A DNA stretch of 64,000 bases from an uncultured Alphaproteobacteria bacterium (GTDB lineage Bacteria; Pseudomonadota; Alphaproteobacteria; Rhizobiales; Aestuariivirgaceae). Location: contig CAVXPO010000014.1 of the NCBI GenBank assembly GCA_963763635.1, forward strand, positions 4,123-68,122, given 5' to 3'. The position numbers were made by a program, and so were the translations under genes. Of this stretch, positions 63,865-64,000 are shown one piece after another (position 1 is the stretch's first letter; each line of letters starts with the position of its first letter). A model generated the notes under the pieces. It saw nothing but the letters and a program-made list of their open reading frames with translations. It was not told where the DNA came from and searched no databases.

Positions 63865-64000
63865 GTGAGTATCTCGGGTTTCGTCGGCAAACTTAGAAGA
63901 ATTGCTGCTTATTGTGCGGTTCTGACTTACTTTGCACTGATTTCCAATAGCGCATTAGCAGACTACCAACAGGCAAAGAGCTACTTTGATAGTCTGGATA
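63865..64000 (+). CDS. Possible secreted protein, truncated by the window end
   Basis: An open frame with a signal-peptide-like stretch, KLRRIAAYCAVLTYFALISNSALA|DYQQAKSYFDSLD. Confidence 0.35.
   Translation, partial: MSISGFVGKLRRIAAYCAVLTYFALISNSALADYQQAKSYFDSLD

Overview
64 kb of high-GC alphaproteobacterial (Hyphomicrobiales-like) chromosome. It is mostly core genes: a glycerol-type ABC transporter, pheT/pheS/rplT/rpmI/infC, queG, uppP, tRNA-Leu(CAG), rnd-lptCAB-rpoN-hpf-ptsN, a nucleoside ABC transporter with cdd-PNP-deoA-deoB, choXWV, and rpsT-dnaA-dnaN-recF-gyrB. Nine apparent frameshifts, three of them in essential pheT, suggest consensus or sequencing errors. The main finds are: (1) an AT-richer island between ptsN and a DUF1150 gene, bounded by a decayed copy of the DUF1150 3' end. 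It carries a SNF2/RapA-type helicase fused to a long, strictly periodic 15-aa [C/S]xx[T/S] repeat array, and the gene is split by a decayed IS3 element. (2) A second displaced-3'-end structure, in which the last 226 bp of gyrB plus a palindromic repeat are duplicated around an NTF2-like gene; no integrase is visible. (3) An ECF sigma / anti-sigma / subtilisin module whose candidate promoter GTGAACC-N16-CGACTAA recurs exactly upstream of a neighbouring small secreted-protein gene. (4) A peptidoglycan-binding-domain / polyamine-binding-protein fusion. All family calls come from motif recognition by eye; no database searches were run.
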